A stretch of DNA of 64,000 nt from assembly GCF_009914755.1 (NCBI RefSeq), contig NC_060929.1; one strand, given 5' to 3'. Below the pieces are notes generated by a model, which was not told where the DNA came from, did no database searches, and worked only from the letters and a program-made list of their open reading frames with translations. Made by a program: the position numbers and the translations under genes. How positions within the stretch are numbered: position 1 is the first letter of the stretch; the number at the start of each line of letters is the position of its first letter. Below, in pieces: positions 35,441-50,824 of the stretch. This DNA is from the human T2T-CHM13v2.0 reference genome, Homo sapiens.

Positions 35441-37444
35441 ATGTACTGTACTGCAGTACCTACAGAGGCATGGGGATGAAGCAGAGTTTTGGTGTTCCAT
35501 GGCTAATAATTACAGGTCACATAGAGATTCAGGGTTATATTACTCCTGGATGCAAGAAAGAAAAACAATGGAATTGCACCAATCACCATCAGCCTTACCT
35601 GCAGGACTCTGGAGGAATTCAGCTGTAAATTCTTAGCTAAAATCTGACAGAGCTAGAACACTCGCTGAGGAAGCACTTACAATTAATAATAAAAATGATG
35701 CAGAGAATATTCTCAGTGAGTGAAATAAGGAAGCACCCACTGTTGTTCACTGGGTCAGAAACGTGGCAGATCCAGGACTGGCTTGTTGGGCATGACCCTT
35801 TGTTCAGCAGAGTGATTCAGTGGGGCTTAAGTGATGTTTTACTAAATTAAGTCAAGGCTGAGTACTCCCCACCACCCACCAATGGATGTGGAGGGGCAGG
35901 GGCAGGGTGGCATCTGCCCAGCCCCTGGGAATTCAGCTGACCTGCTGGCTTGGTGTCCCCTTCCTCCCTCAATCTTCCTCATGCATCCCTTCTTGACATT
36001 GCACCCTCAAAGAAGATGACCTTCCCAGCAAAATGATTGTTCTTCTGGCAAGCATGTCTGCCCAAGTTTGTTGTGAAGATATAATAAGGTAATGGATATA
36101 AAAATGCTTTAAAAACTGAACTCACTACACAAATGTAAGTTATTATAATTATTATGATTAACAATGTCATAAAAGGAAACCATTAAATCAGTCACACAAA
36201 TTGGCACATGTACTCAGTACCTAAAAGTAATCAAGCAGGGAGCCTAAAAGCAATTTGATAATCTTCTCCTTTTAAGTTCCTTTTCATTAAGCTTTTGCAG
36301 GTTTGTGCATCTATAAAATCAGAAGATATATTTGGCTTCAGGCTACTGCTTTCTCAGCTTAATGAAGGAATGTCTTCTTTGATTATTTCTTATCCCAAAT
36401 CCTTGAAAGGGAAAACATATGTCCATCTCTGGGACACACACCATGCTATCTACCAACTGTTCGAGAGAAATGTCAAATCAGAGCTGGCTTCTGGTTTCTT
36501 CTTTGAGATTCTTTGCATCCATGATGGGGAATGGAATTGTTGAGGAGGTGAGAGACATAGAAAGAGATACAGAAAGATAAGGACAGACAGAGATACAGAA
36601 AGAGACAGGGACTGTTCTGTTTTCAACAGGCCATCTTAGCTACTCAACAGAGAGTAAATAAAGGAACAACAGCCATTCCTGCAGCTGAGTATGACTAGGG
36701 GTGCTGAAGTACAATTATATTATATTCAAAAATAAATACATAAGCAGCACCTAAGAACCACATTCAGGTAGCAGTACAACCTGAGGTTCTAGGTCAAAGA
36801 TAGCCATCTTTTTGTAGCAAAAAGACTGAAATTCAAATTGGAGGACTACAGTACAGGACATGGAGCCTCTTCCAGTCAATTCACGTGGGGTAAAGGTTCA
36901 AAGTGGAAGAATTTGCTGTAATTTGTGTAGTAAGGTAAATCCTTTGACAACCCACAAAATTTATCTTTCATGAAATAAAAGATGATGGAAATGAATAGAG
37001 GAAAACATAATTTGTTACTGCCTATAAAGGGGATATAAAGACTAGAAAAATGAAAGGTGAACAGCATTCCACATGTTTGCCAGTTCCTAAGTGTAAATTT
37101 GCAAGTTCAAAGCTCAAGAGATCTTTTCCCTTCGATTTTGTGCTTATAATTAGGCTATGCTTATCGATAGAATTTTGTGTTTATCCTAAAATGATGGCCT
37201 TCCATTCAAGATCACTAGATTCATAGTCATGGGCATTTTAGACCTTACATCCAAAAAATATAACTCTTCTTAAGATAAACAGGGATGACAAATAAGTAGA
37301 AAAGCAATCTTATAGAATTCGCTTTTGAGAAATAAAAACTCCTAATTTACTATACTTTTTAATTAGGTTTTAAATATTAAGATCACTACTCTTTTCCTTA
37401 ATTTCCTTATGGCGTATAAGGATAAAGCTCTTAGCTCGTTCTCA

Positions 37445-37610
37445 AAGTAGTAGTGGGAAAGTGATGGTGTTTGGAGTGAGAAGATCTGAGTTTAAGTTCT
37501 AGCTGTATCTAATTGTGTGTGACTTTGGAAAGTCACATAATGCTTCAAGGTATATGAAATGGGAGTGATGATACATTCCATACTTAATACGTCAAGGAGG
37601 GAATGTGTAT
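37445..37610 (+). mobile_element. MIR fragment
   Basis: tttggagtgagaagatctgagtttaagttctagct...tgtgactttggaaagtcacataa. Confidence 0.65.
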
Positions 37611-37760
37611 AATAGCTAAGAATATGTATTTTAAAGAGTATAGAGTATGCAAAGGCCCACACAGGTACTAAGCCAATTTTAAAGATTACAGAATTACAAT
37701 TAGAAGGAATCTTAATATTATCCTGTCCTAAAGTTTTTAAACATTTTAAGATGAAGATCT

Positions 37761-38120
37761 TGTCTTAGTTCAGCTGCTACAACAAAATAGCATAGACTGG
37801 GTGGATTATAAACAACAGAAATTTATTTCTCACAGTTCTGGAGCCTGGACATCTGAGATTAAGCTGTCAGCATGCTCAGATTCTGGTGAGAGCCCCCATT
37901 CAGTTTGCAAATTGCTGTCTTCTCATTGTATCTTTAAGTAGCAGAAAGAGAGTTAGAGAGCTCTCGGGGGTTCCTTTTATAGGGCACTAATCCTATTCAT
38001 GATGACACCATCCTCATGACCTCTATACCTCTCAAAGCCCTTCCTCAAAATATCATCACATGGGAGGTTAGGATTTCAACATATAAATTTGGGAGGGACA
38101 CAAACATTTCATCCATAACA
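37761..38120 (-). mobile_element. MLT1A-type MaLR LTR (inside a degraded hAT-like element ~37725-38315, itself within a MIR)
   Basis: TGTCTTAGTT...aaacaacagaaatttatttctcacagttctggag...atccataaca; TSD GATCT/GACCT. Confidence 0.9.
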
Positions 38121-38762
38121 GACCTTTTCTCCAAATGAAATCATATACAACAAATTAAAGCCAGAGCTGTTCTGTTAAAGCAAGGAAGGAGGAAGTACCA
38201 CACCCCAGCTCGATATAACACAATGGGCCCCATCCCCACAGCCCACTTCTACCACTGGGAGAGGGGAAGATGTAGCTTAAGTACTATTCAGTGCACAAAA
38301 TTTAAAACTCACTGATCTATTACAACCTCCTTAAATTACAGTTGAGGAAACTGAGGTCACAGAGTGGTTACAATCACCTCTACTATGAAATAGGTTTCTA
38401 AAACACCAATGAGCTTATTATACATGATTGATATATAGGGGAATTATGTCAGTAAAATATACAAGTCATGTTAGTTTATACATGGTTTTTCTTGGACAAG
38501 GAGAGCCAGACTATCAGGAGGAAATAAAAGGAAAAGCCCTCAACTCAGCTGCTGTACAGGGAGAAACCCTGTTAGCTGTTAAAAATGAATACATGAAAAT
38601 AAGTACCTGCATGGTTCTCAGCTTGTAGTAGGATGTACTTTCTCCTATGCCCACCTTAATAGCAGCCCCACCAGCTCAGAGCTCCACTTCCATCTGTATC
38701 ATCTCAGTGCCCCAATCAGCATTTCCATTCTATTGTTTCTGTGCTTTTTAAAATATCCCCTA

Positions 38763-39070
38763 AGCCTGGCGCTATGGCTCACACCTGTAATCCCAGCACT
38801 TTGGCAGGCTGAGGCAGGCAGATCACTTGAGCCCAGGAGTTCAAGACCAGCCTGGGCAACATGCCAAAACCCTGTCTCCACTAAAAATACAAAAATTAGC
38901 TGGGGGTGGTGGCGCATGCCTGTAGTCAGGAGGCTACTCGGGAGGATGAGATGGGAGGATCATTTGAGCCCAGGATGCAGAGGCTGCAGTAAACTGGGAT
39001 GGCACCACTGTACTCCAGCCTGGGTGACAGAGTGAGACCCTGTCTCCAAAAAGATAATACATAAAATAAA
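38763..39070 (+). mobile_element. AluJ SINE
   Basis: gatcacttgagcccaggagttcaagaccagcctgggcaac; TSD TAAAATATCCCC on both sides. Confidence 0.95.
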
Positions 39071-39135
39071 ATATCCCCAATGCAATCTCTAAACATGCTG
39101 AATTCCTGAGTTTTGCCAAGAATCTTCAAAGGTAC

Positions 39136-39528
39136 TGTATTAGTCAGCTCAGGTCACCATAACAAAATACCACAGACTGGGGGGCTTAACCAACTGAAAT
39201 TTATTTTCTCACACTTCTGGCAGCTGGAAGTGCAAGATCAAGGTGCCAGTAGGTTTGCCGTCTGGTGAGGCCTCCCTTCCTGGCTCACAGATGGCCCCCT
39301 TCTCCCTGTGTCCTCACATGACTTTTTCTCTGTGCCAACCTGTTGAGTGTTTCTTCCTCTTTTTTGTAAGAATATGAGTCCTATTATATTAAGGCCTAAG
39401 GCCCCACCGTTATGACCTTATTTAACTTTAATTACCTCCTTAAATGCTCCATCTCCAAATACAGTCACATTGACCGTTAGGACTTCAACGTATGAATGGG
39501 GGTGGGGAGGACAATTCATTCCATAACA
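39136..39528 (-). mobile_element. MLT1B-type MaLR LTR
   Basis: TGTATTAGTC...cataacaaaataccacagactggg...ccatctccaaatacagtcacatt...ccataaca. Confidence 0.9.
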
Positions 39529-39629
39529 TTATCAATTATGTTTTTGTCAGTGTTCTTGTTAGTGTTGCATAGGTTTTAAGTGGTCTATCCCTCACCCTAT
39601 TTTTCCCTTTGGGTTGCAAAGATATTTTT

Positions 39630-40465
39630 TAAATGCCCAGTGTTGCTAAATATATGGGGAAATGGTCACTTTCTCTTACACATCTGGCGATAGAATAAAC
39701 CAAAATTGGCACAACCCTTATAGATGGAAACTTAATAATACATATCAAAAGCCTTACAATTTTGCATATCCCTTAACTCAAACACCCCATTTATCCTCAA
39801 GAAACTCCAAATTGTAATTTCCAGAATATTTGCCATAACATCAAATTTTGAAAAATTGGAAGTACTCAACCAGGCATGGTGACTCACACCTGTAATCCCA
39901 ACATTTTGGGTGGCCACGGCAGATCACTTGAGCCCAGGAGTTTGAGACCAGCCTGAGCAACATGCCAAAACCCAGTCTCTACAATACAAAAATTAGCCAG
40001 GCATGGTGGCACATACCTGTAGTCCCAGCTACTCGGAGGCTGAGGTGGGAGGATCCTTTGAGCTCGGGAGGTCAAGGCTGCAGTGAGCTGTGATCGCTGC
40101 CATTGAACTCCAGCCTGAGCGACAGAGGAAGACTCTGTCTCAAAAATAAATAAATAATAAATAATTTAAACATTGGAAGTACTCTAAATGTTTAACGACA
40201 AAGGTACTGGTACATCACATGATAAGATTCTATAAAAATATTAATGTAGAATGTGGAACATGGAAACATATTTAATATAGTAAATGAATAAAAATTATGT
40301 AAAAGATAGCCCATATGACCTTGTTTTTACTAAAATATTGTAAGTTATAAACAGAAGAAACATTTTTTAAAATTACCTCTAGGTGGTAAGATTAAGGTTG
40401 ATATTTATTTTATTTTTCTCTTTACTTTTATTTCCCACAATGAACAAGCATCACGTTTGTAAAAA
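39630..40465 (+). mobile_element. L1ME-type fragment, interrupted by AluJ
   Basis: ccagtgttgctaaatatatggggaaatggtcact...aaattggcacaacc; 3'-end-like ttacctctaggtggtaagatta. Confidence 0.6.
39868..40171 (+). mobile_element. AluJ SINE
   Basis: Alu body with TAAA tail; exact 13-bp TSD ATTGGAAGTACTC (39855-39867, 40172-40184). Confidence 0.95.
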
Positions 40466-40535
40466 GTGTATATGTGTGCATGTGTGTGTTTTCATGTGTG
40501 TGCGTGTGTATGTGTGCATGTGCGTGTGAGTGTGT
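40466..40535. repeat. Degenerate (TG)n repeat
   Basis: gtgtatatgtgtgcatgtgtgtgt...tgcgtgtgagtgtgt. Confidence 0.8.
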
Positions 40536-42780
40536 TTATCTTTAAACCGCAGGAGAAATCAAAGCTGTAAGGGAAATTAGAACCTTAATCTAAAGTGATC
40601 AGATGCATCCATCACCCATTTCTTAGAATCCTCTGCATTATATGAATTCCCTGAAGAATCTTTTCCTTCTTTCAGATGAGAAAGCAACAAAGAGATTACT
40701 ACGACAATAAAAATCTGTTTCTAGACAAAGAGTCTTTTGTTAAACAACCAATCCACTCTGCCTTCCCTGACTCTCCACCCCACTCCCTACCAAAAATAAG
40801 GAAAGAAAGAACCAACAATACAGCTTAACAGTAACACTTGCCTAACAATATTTTACACTGTTTTCCATAAGTTTACAAACTTGGGAGACCGAGGAACATC
40901 CTTGGGACTGTTCTGAATGGTGATTTTAAAAATCAGCATTGTTCTTGTCAAGTAAAGATAGCCTTTCCTTGGGAGACTTGAACAGTTCCTTCACAGTGGT
41001 TCAAGTCTCCGAGACAAATATGTATCTAGGCCTGTGGTGGAGAGTATTTGCCAGTGAGAATATCAATGCCCAGGTACACACGCAGTATGTGTTTTGCTGC
41101 AAATGTTTTCCCAGTAAACAATAATGCAGCCATCAAAAGAAAGGAATGCTAATCTTAAATCAATTAAATTCAAACAAAAATGCTTCCTTTGGGTATAGTT
41201 GCTTTTTGGTAAGCATACTAATTTTGGAGACTTGCATTATTTACTTACAAATTGTTTTTGAAGTTATCTGTGGTATTGAGAGGTTGAAGTCAACTGGTCT
41301 CTCCTATAGCTCCTTCCCAGGCCATGAATTATTGAGGGCAAAATTTAATGGGGCCATTATTGTTCAACATTTGCTCTAGTTGATATGCATTCATATTCAT
41401 TTACTGCTGCATAATAAAGCATTCTTATGTAATTTTTATTAATTTTTATTGACATAAAAGGGGATGCCCAGGAATCAGAAACAGGTGGTTCTGTGGGTCC
41501 CCCTTCCAGTTCATATTAGGGCCACCAGACAGAAGGAAATATATCAAGATCAGCTGCTGACCAGGCTATTGGTCTGGGCAGGAGAATGGACTCCGGACTC
41601 TGAGTGCTGTCCAAAAGGAGGAATATTCAGCATGACTTCATCAAAGATGCGCCTCTGACCCTGAGCAGCCTCAGTCCCTAGAGCCACATGGGAAGGGAGG
41701 GATAGCAGAGCCTGAGTCCCTGGCAACCCAGCTCAGTCAAAGGGAGGATCTGTAGCCTACAGAGGAGGGAAGTGTTGGATTACTTCCAAGAAAAGAAAAA
41801 TCTCGCACAGATGACAGCTATAACCTGGCATCTTAAACAAACAGATCCAAGTGGTACATGGATCCCTGCAAACAGCTGCTCGCCTGCCAATGCTTGAGTC
41901 ACTTAACATCCAGTATCATTGTTTTAGATTTGCTGTCATTGTTTTTTTTGTTGTCTGGGGTGAGTTATTGGACTGAAAACAATTTGGATATTGTCTCCCT
42001 CCATGGGGTTCTGCAGCCAAAAAGAGATTAATGAAAAGCAGGAGTTTGGGGCAAGTGATTCCGACATATCCTTTCTCAGAGCAATACAAATGACAAGGCT
42101 GTTACTTGGGGAAACAACAGGCCACAAGAGTGATTTCACTGTCTCTGATGGGGAAGGGTGGGCATAAACATTAAGCACAGTTCATGACATTGGGGAATGA
42201 CTGATGATAGAATGTTACAGTCTTGTTTCCTCACAAGGATTTCTCAATGTTTGTAGAAGCTGTGTTTTCATACAGCCTAGGAGGCATCAAAGCAACTTAG
42301 TAGTAGTCCTTGACATTGACAGAGTATTTTAAATGTTACCAAACACTTCAACACACATTATCATAAGTGTGCCCCAAACTTACACACTAGATAGGAGGGC
42401 AAGTACTTCTATTTTACTAATGATAATAAGAAGTATAGAAAAGTAAAGGACTTGCCCCAGTTTACCCAGCCAGGAATGTTACTTCCAATACACACCATGC
42501 CCACTCATAGAATGGAAGGCAGGACGAACGTCCATTTATTTATTTTTAACCGACTATTTAATGAGCACGTTATACCTTAGTTTCCTTTTCTATACAATGG
42601 GATTATTAATAATAATGCAACAACAAGTTATTGTTTAAAAGTAAGGGTTGCATGACTGAAACCTGGCAACATTTTGTAAAGCCTATCAGGATACATTAGA
42701 AGCTGTAGGTAATGCTTTAGCCTGTTTTGTAAAGACTCACATGAATCCAACAAGAACAGCAATCACCAACTGAAAATTGA

Positions 42781-42811
<31 letters not shown>

Positions 42812-42812
42812 A
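42781..42812. repeat. C17 run fused to an (AC)n tract
   Basis: Direct observation. Confidence 0.95.
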
Positions 42813-42999
42813 TAGACACTCAATTTTCAGCCACAGTCTTAATTTGAAGAGCTTCAACTTCATTTTAAGGGAAGAGAAGTCTCATCTTAATAATCCTGGA
42901 TTTATCTTTGTAAACATTTTTGTAAACCTTGGTAAAAATTATTTCCAAATAGCAATACTAACTTACATTTGTGGATTGCATTAGCATTAATCATGTGCT

Positions 43000-44246
43000 T
43001 TTATTTTTTACTTTTTAAAACTTTTATTTCAGGTTGAGGGGCAAATGTGCAGGTTTGTCATACAGGTAAACTCATATCATGGGGGTTTATTGTACAGATA
43101 ATTTCATCACCCAAGTACTAAGCCTAGTACCCAATAGTTAATTTTTCTGATCCTCTCCCTCTTCCCACTCTCCACCCACAGGTAGGTCTCAGTGTCTGTT
43201 GTTCCACCTTTTGTGTCCATGTGTTCTCATCATTTAGCTCCCACTTATAAATGAGAACATGCGATATTTTGTTTTCTGTTCCTGTGTTAGCTTGCTAAAG
43301 ATAATGGCCTCCAGCTCCATCTGTGTTCCTGCAAAGAACATGATCTCATTCTTCTTATGGATGCATAGTATTCCATGATGTATATGTACCACATTGTATT
43401 AGTCTGTTTCCATGCTGCTGATAAAGACTTACCCGAGACTGGGCAATTTACAAAAGAAAGAGGTTTAATTGGACTCACAGTTCCATGTGGCTGGGGAGAC
43501 CTCATAATCATGGCAGAAGGCAAGGAGAAGCAAGTCATATCTTACATGGAGGGCAGCAGGCAAAGAGAGCTTGTGCAGGGAAACTCCTTTTATAATACCA
43601 TCAGATCTCATGCAACTTATTCATTATCACGAGAACAGCATGTGAAAGACCCGCCCCATAATTCAATCATCTCCCACCGGGTCCCTCCCGCAACACATGG
43701 GAATTATGGGAGCTACAAGATGAAATTCGGGTGGGGACACAGAGCCAAACCATATCACACATTATCTCTATTCAGTCTACCATTGATGGGCATTTAGGTT
43801 GATTCCATATCTTGGCTATTGTGAATAGTGCTGCAATGAACATGTGCATGCATGTGTCTTTATGACAGAACAGTTTATATTCTTTTGGGTATATATCCAG
43901 TAATGGAATTGCTGGGTGGAATGTTTTTAGCTCTTTGAGGAATTGCCACACTGCTTTCCACAATAGCTGAGCTAATTTACACTCCCACCAACAGTGTATA
44001 AGCATTCCATTTTCTCTGAAATCTCACCAGCATCTGTTATTTTTTGACTTTGTATTAATAGCCATTCTGACTGGTGTGAGATGGCATCTCATTGTAGTTT
44101 TGATTTGTATTTCTCTATTGATCAGTGATACTGAGCTTTTTATCACATGCTTGTTGGCCACATGTATGTCTTCTTTTGAAAAGTGCCTGTTCATGTCTTT
44201 TGCCCATTTTTTAATGGGGTTGTTTGTTTTTTTCTTGTAAATTTGC
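43000..44246 (-). mobile_element. L1PA15/16-type 5'-truncated LINE, interrupted by THE1B
   Basis: atttcatcacccaagtactaagcctagtacccaatagtta 3' UTR signature; ORF2 C-terminal remnant (ORF 43772-44005 [10 protein letters not shown]...PAIPLL). Confidence 0.92.
43395..43757 (-). mobile_element. THE1B solo LTR
   Basis: TGTATTAGTCTGTTTCCATGCTGCTGATAAAGAC...AGCCAAACCATATCA; perfect TSD CACAT (43390-43394, 43758-43762). Confidence 0.96.
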
Positions 44247-44514
44247 TTTAATGTACATGATTTAACTTGATCCTTATCCTACCTTGAAGGTAGTTAGAGA
44301 TGAACATTCTTACTACCTGCCACTAGAGCCCTATTGGAAAAGTGAGCACACTAAGGCTAAGGGAGATAAGTATGGCACTTGGAACACACATTACTCTTTT
44401 GGTTGGCAAACCTGGGTGGGCAACTAGCAGGCCCACCGCTTGCTGGTGTAAAGGTCTTGGAGGAAATTTCTGATTATCTCTGAGCCTCCAAGGAAAAATT
44501 AGTGGACTTACAAA

Positions 44515-45037
44515 TGGGGCCAGTTGCGTACCTGCTGTCTCTCAGCCCTGCATCCACCCTTATCTATTCTGTTGCTGTATGGGCCTGGAGCTAGAAACCT
44601 ACATCCCTTATTTCCCAGGCTCCCTGGCCTCTTACTTTCTATAAGTCTGCAATATTAGAGGGAGGGAGCAGGGGTGAAGATGTCCATCTTTCTTGCCCTG
44701 GCTGCAGGTTTGGAGGTGACTGCCTCCCTTCTGTGATTCTGACTCCTGCAGTGGGCTCCTCTCCATGGATCCAGCCCAGCAGCAAGTAATGTCCCTGGAT
44801 TCTAGTAAATTTACCTCCTCCCTTCTCTTCCCCAACCCTGGAAGTGAGACTGATTCCTGAAGTAACTAATTTTCTGGGTGTGACCTCTTCTTTTTAATTG
44901 CTCTCCCAGCACCTAATCCTTCCACTTGCTCTTATAGCCCATCCAAAACATGTGTAACCAATTTCTTGCATTAAACTTCTTCAGTGTGAAATATCTAGAG
45001 TCAGCTCAGTTTTTCTAAATGCACCCTGACAAATACA
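44515..45037 (+). mobile_element. LTR33-type (ERVL) LTR
   Basis: tctcagccctgcatccaccctt...atttcccaggctccctggcc...tgtaaccaatttcttgcattaaac...accctgacaaataca. Confidence 0.75.
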
Positions 45038-45509
45038 CAGAAGAAGCTAACACAAGAACTGCCACAGAGTTAGTGTGTAAACATCTAAATAATTCCAAAT
45101 AAAAGGTTTTGCCATGTTGTATTGAGAACCAAAAGTATAATTCACTCTCCCATTGCCCTACCATTGGAGCTTTGTGTTAGGTGTGATCACCATGTGAGAA
45201 TTGTCTTCAATCACAAAATGCTTCCAAATATCAAGAAGTTTAAGATTTTTATTAATGATGCATGTACCGATTTAATGTAATTTCCAAAACAAGGATGACA
45301 AAAATACTGACCTACCTCATAGAGCTGGTTGGAACAACAAATTAGCTCTCATAAAAACACTTCAACCACCTAAAGTACCTCATAAAAGTTTATTATGAGT
45401 AGTAATACTAACAGTTAAACATATAATGATAGGCATCAAATGGGCACGCTCCACAAGCTGATGGTGTTTTAAATTCTCTTTACGATCTCACACTTGTTTA
45501 GCAGTTCAT

Positions 45510-45740
45510 ATGTTGAAAGCTCTTCACAGCTGTAAATTAGTTAATCCCCATGACACTCACTCCTGCAAGATAGGTCAGTATTATTTTCTATTTCTATGGC
45601 AACAAATCCTATGTAAATGCCTAATGATAGAAGGTGGAGATGAGAAACAGGAAAGGTTAAGTGACTTGTTCAAGGCCACACATCAAGTAGGTGGCAGGGT
45701 TGACTTTAAAATACAGAAGTGCTGACCCCAAAAGTCACTC
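45510..45740 (-). mobile_element. MIR fragment
   Basis: gatgagaaacaggaaaggttaagtgacttgttcaaggccacac. Confidence 0.7.
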
Positions 45741-45884
45741 AAGTCCACCTGGTCAACACAGAGGGGATCATTGACATTCATTTGCTTAGAAATTCATTCA
45801 AACAGAAAATATTAATATGGTCTACATCTGGGAACAAAATATGAACAATTATAATTTGTAGCTGTATAGTTAAGTCCACTGGTG

Positions 45885-46140
45885 AGAGGCAGTAGTAGGC
45901 AGGGTAGCATGAATTCTGAAGACATACTTCATATTCATATCCCAGCCAGCCTCTGCCACATACTTGCTGTGCAAACTTGGGCAAGTTATTTCACTTCTCT
46001 GAACCTGTTTCAGATCCTAATAATGGTAAAATGAAGCTAATAACAGGATCATCCTTATATGCTATGGGAAGATTTAATGTAAAGCACTTAGAGCACAGCC
46101 AAGTAGATAATAAGCATGCAATAAGTGTCAGCTATTATTA
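45885..46140 (+). mobile_element. MIR SINE, near full length
   Basis: gaggcagtagtagg...ttgggcaagttatttcacttctctgaacctgtttc...gtaaagcacttagagcacag...gtcagctattatt. Confidence 0.85.
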
Positions 46141-46773
46141 GATAGGTAGATCATATTACAGAAGAAATATTGATTGCTTTCCAACAATGTATCAAGTACA
46201 GAGATGCCTAAGACACAATCCCTGTCCTCAAAGAGCTTTCAGTACAATAGGTTTGTGAAATGTATAACTTGCCACAGCATATAAGGGGGATGAGTGACAT
46301 GGGACTGTGAGTGTTAAAACAAGACCACAAGTTTCCAAGGCAGATTATGTGACTCCTCGATTCTCTGATAGTGTGAATTTGGTGTGCTCCTGCCTTCACC
46401 TGTCCCTTGGTTTCTGTTTCCATTTAATCAATTTTATTTACATTTTTGTAAAGAGAAAGAACATAATAGTCACTAAAAGATTCCACCTGCTAGAGAGTAT
46501 CACAGGTGCTCAGAGGGAAGCAGTAATTTCTGGATGAAGTGTTTAGGCAAGAGATGGTGCTTGAATTTCATCTTAAAAGATAAGTCTGATTTTAAAACCC
46601 CAAGAGAGCTGTGAGAGGGTGAGTGTAGGGAGTGGATGGGTGGACAGAAATGATGGGATACCAGAGTTTGAAGAAGGAAGAATGGAAAGATGTTTATTGA
46701 ACAGCTACTATGATCCAGCAACATGTTAGCCCCTTAAATTACCTAAACAAAGGTCACATAACTGGTAAGTGGC

Positions 46774-49473
<2,700 letters not shown>

Positions 49474-49645
49474 TGACACGAAGTGGAACTTTTGGAAGAT
49501 TACTCTGGGCATAGTATTTAGACAGAATTGAATAAACAGTCTGGGAAAAGGCAGATAAGGCAGTTTACAGTATGTAAGAGAGATGAAAACTATAATAGAA
49601 TCATGATATAAGACAGGAAGGGAAAGAATGGGTGGGGGGGCTGCT

Positions 49646-49720
49646 CAGTGATTCTCAGCTCTAGCTGTATAACAGCATCACCTGGAGATATTTGAAAAAC
49701 CACTAATGCTTAAGCTCATT
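49646..49720. mobile_element. MER5A-like left half
   Basis: cagtgattctcagctctagctgtataacagcatcacctggagatatttgaaaaac...aatgc. Confidence 0.55.
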
Positions 49721-49820
49721 GACTATTGTATATACCAGAGGTGGGAGGTAAAGTACGATTTAAAACTTAACTAAAAAAAAAAAAACTAAATAGAAAAAGT
49801 CAAATGAAAACCAGGGGACT

Positions 49821-49863
49821 TTCTACACATGTATACCAGAACTTAAAGTATAATAATAAAAAA
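49821..49863 (+). mobile_element. ~43-bp L1PA 3' tip
   Basis: ttctacacatgtataccagaacttaaagtataataataaaaaa, flanked by GGGGACT on both sides. Confidence 0.75.
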
Positions 49864-49880
49864 GGGGGGACTAACAACAG

Positions 49881-50171
49881 TTTTTTTTAGAAACTAGGTC
49901 TCACTCTGTTGCTCAGGCTGGAGTGCAATGAGACAATCATAGTTCACTGCAGCCTTGATCTTCTGGACTCAAGTGATCCTCTCACTTCAGCCACTGAAGT
50001 GGCTGGGATTACAGGGATGCATCACCAAGCCTGGTAAACTTTTTATTTTTTGTAGAGATGGGATCTTACTATGTTGCCCAGACTGGTCTCAAAGCCTTTG
50101 GGATCAAGTGGTCCTCCCACCTTAGCATCCCAAAGTGTTGGGATTACAGGTGTGAGCCATTGTGCCCAACC
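49881..50171 (-). mobile_element. AluJ SINE (diverged)
   Basis: ggtctcactctgttgctcaggctggagtgc...cccaaagtgttgggattacaggtgtgagcc. Confidence 0.92.
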
Positions 50172-50669
50172 CATTTTACTTTTTATATCTATGAATTTGA
50201 CTACTTTAGATACCTCATATAAGTGGAATTATACAGTATTTGTCTATTTATAGCTGGTTTATTTCACTTCACATAGTGTCCTCAAAGTTCATCATGTTGT
50301 AGCTTTTTTTAAGGCTGCAGAGAATTCCATTGTATATATATATATATATATACACCACATTTTGTTTATTGATTCATACACTGATGGATATTTGGGTTGT
50401 TTCCACCTCTTGGCTATTTTCAAAAGTGCTTCTATGAACATGAATGTACAAATATGTCTTTAAGACCCTGCTTTCAATCCTTCTGGGTATACACCCAGAG
50501 TTAGGATTGCTAGTAGTTCTATTTTCAATTTTTTGAGTAACTACCATACTGTTTTCCATAGCAGTTGCATCATTTTACAATCTGATCAACAGTGCACAAG
50601 GGTTGCAACTTCTCCATATTCTCACCACTTGTTATTTTTTGTTTTATGTAGCCACTCTAATGAGTGTGA
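50172..50669 (-). mobile_element. L1MB-type fragment
   Basis: tatgaatttgactactttagatacctcatataagtggaattatacagtatttgtc...ccatactgttttccatagcag. Confidence 0.88.
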
Positions 50670-50824
50670 CTAAGGACATTTTTTAAAGATGTAAGTACAA
50701 AGATAATCTCTAAAACAAAAATATACATCATACTGAATATTAAAGTAATTTAAAAATCTAAAATGAATGAAAACAAATTGTGTAGGTAAACACAGCTAAT
50801 GTAACATAACAAACATAAGAATAA

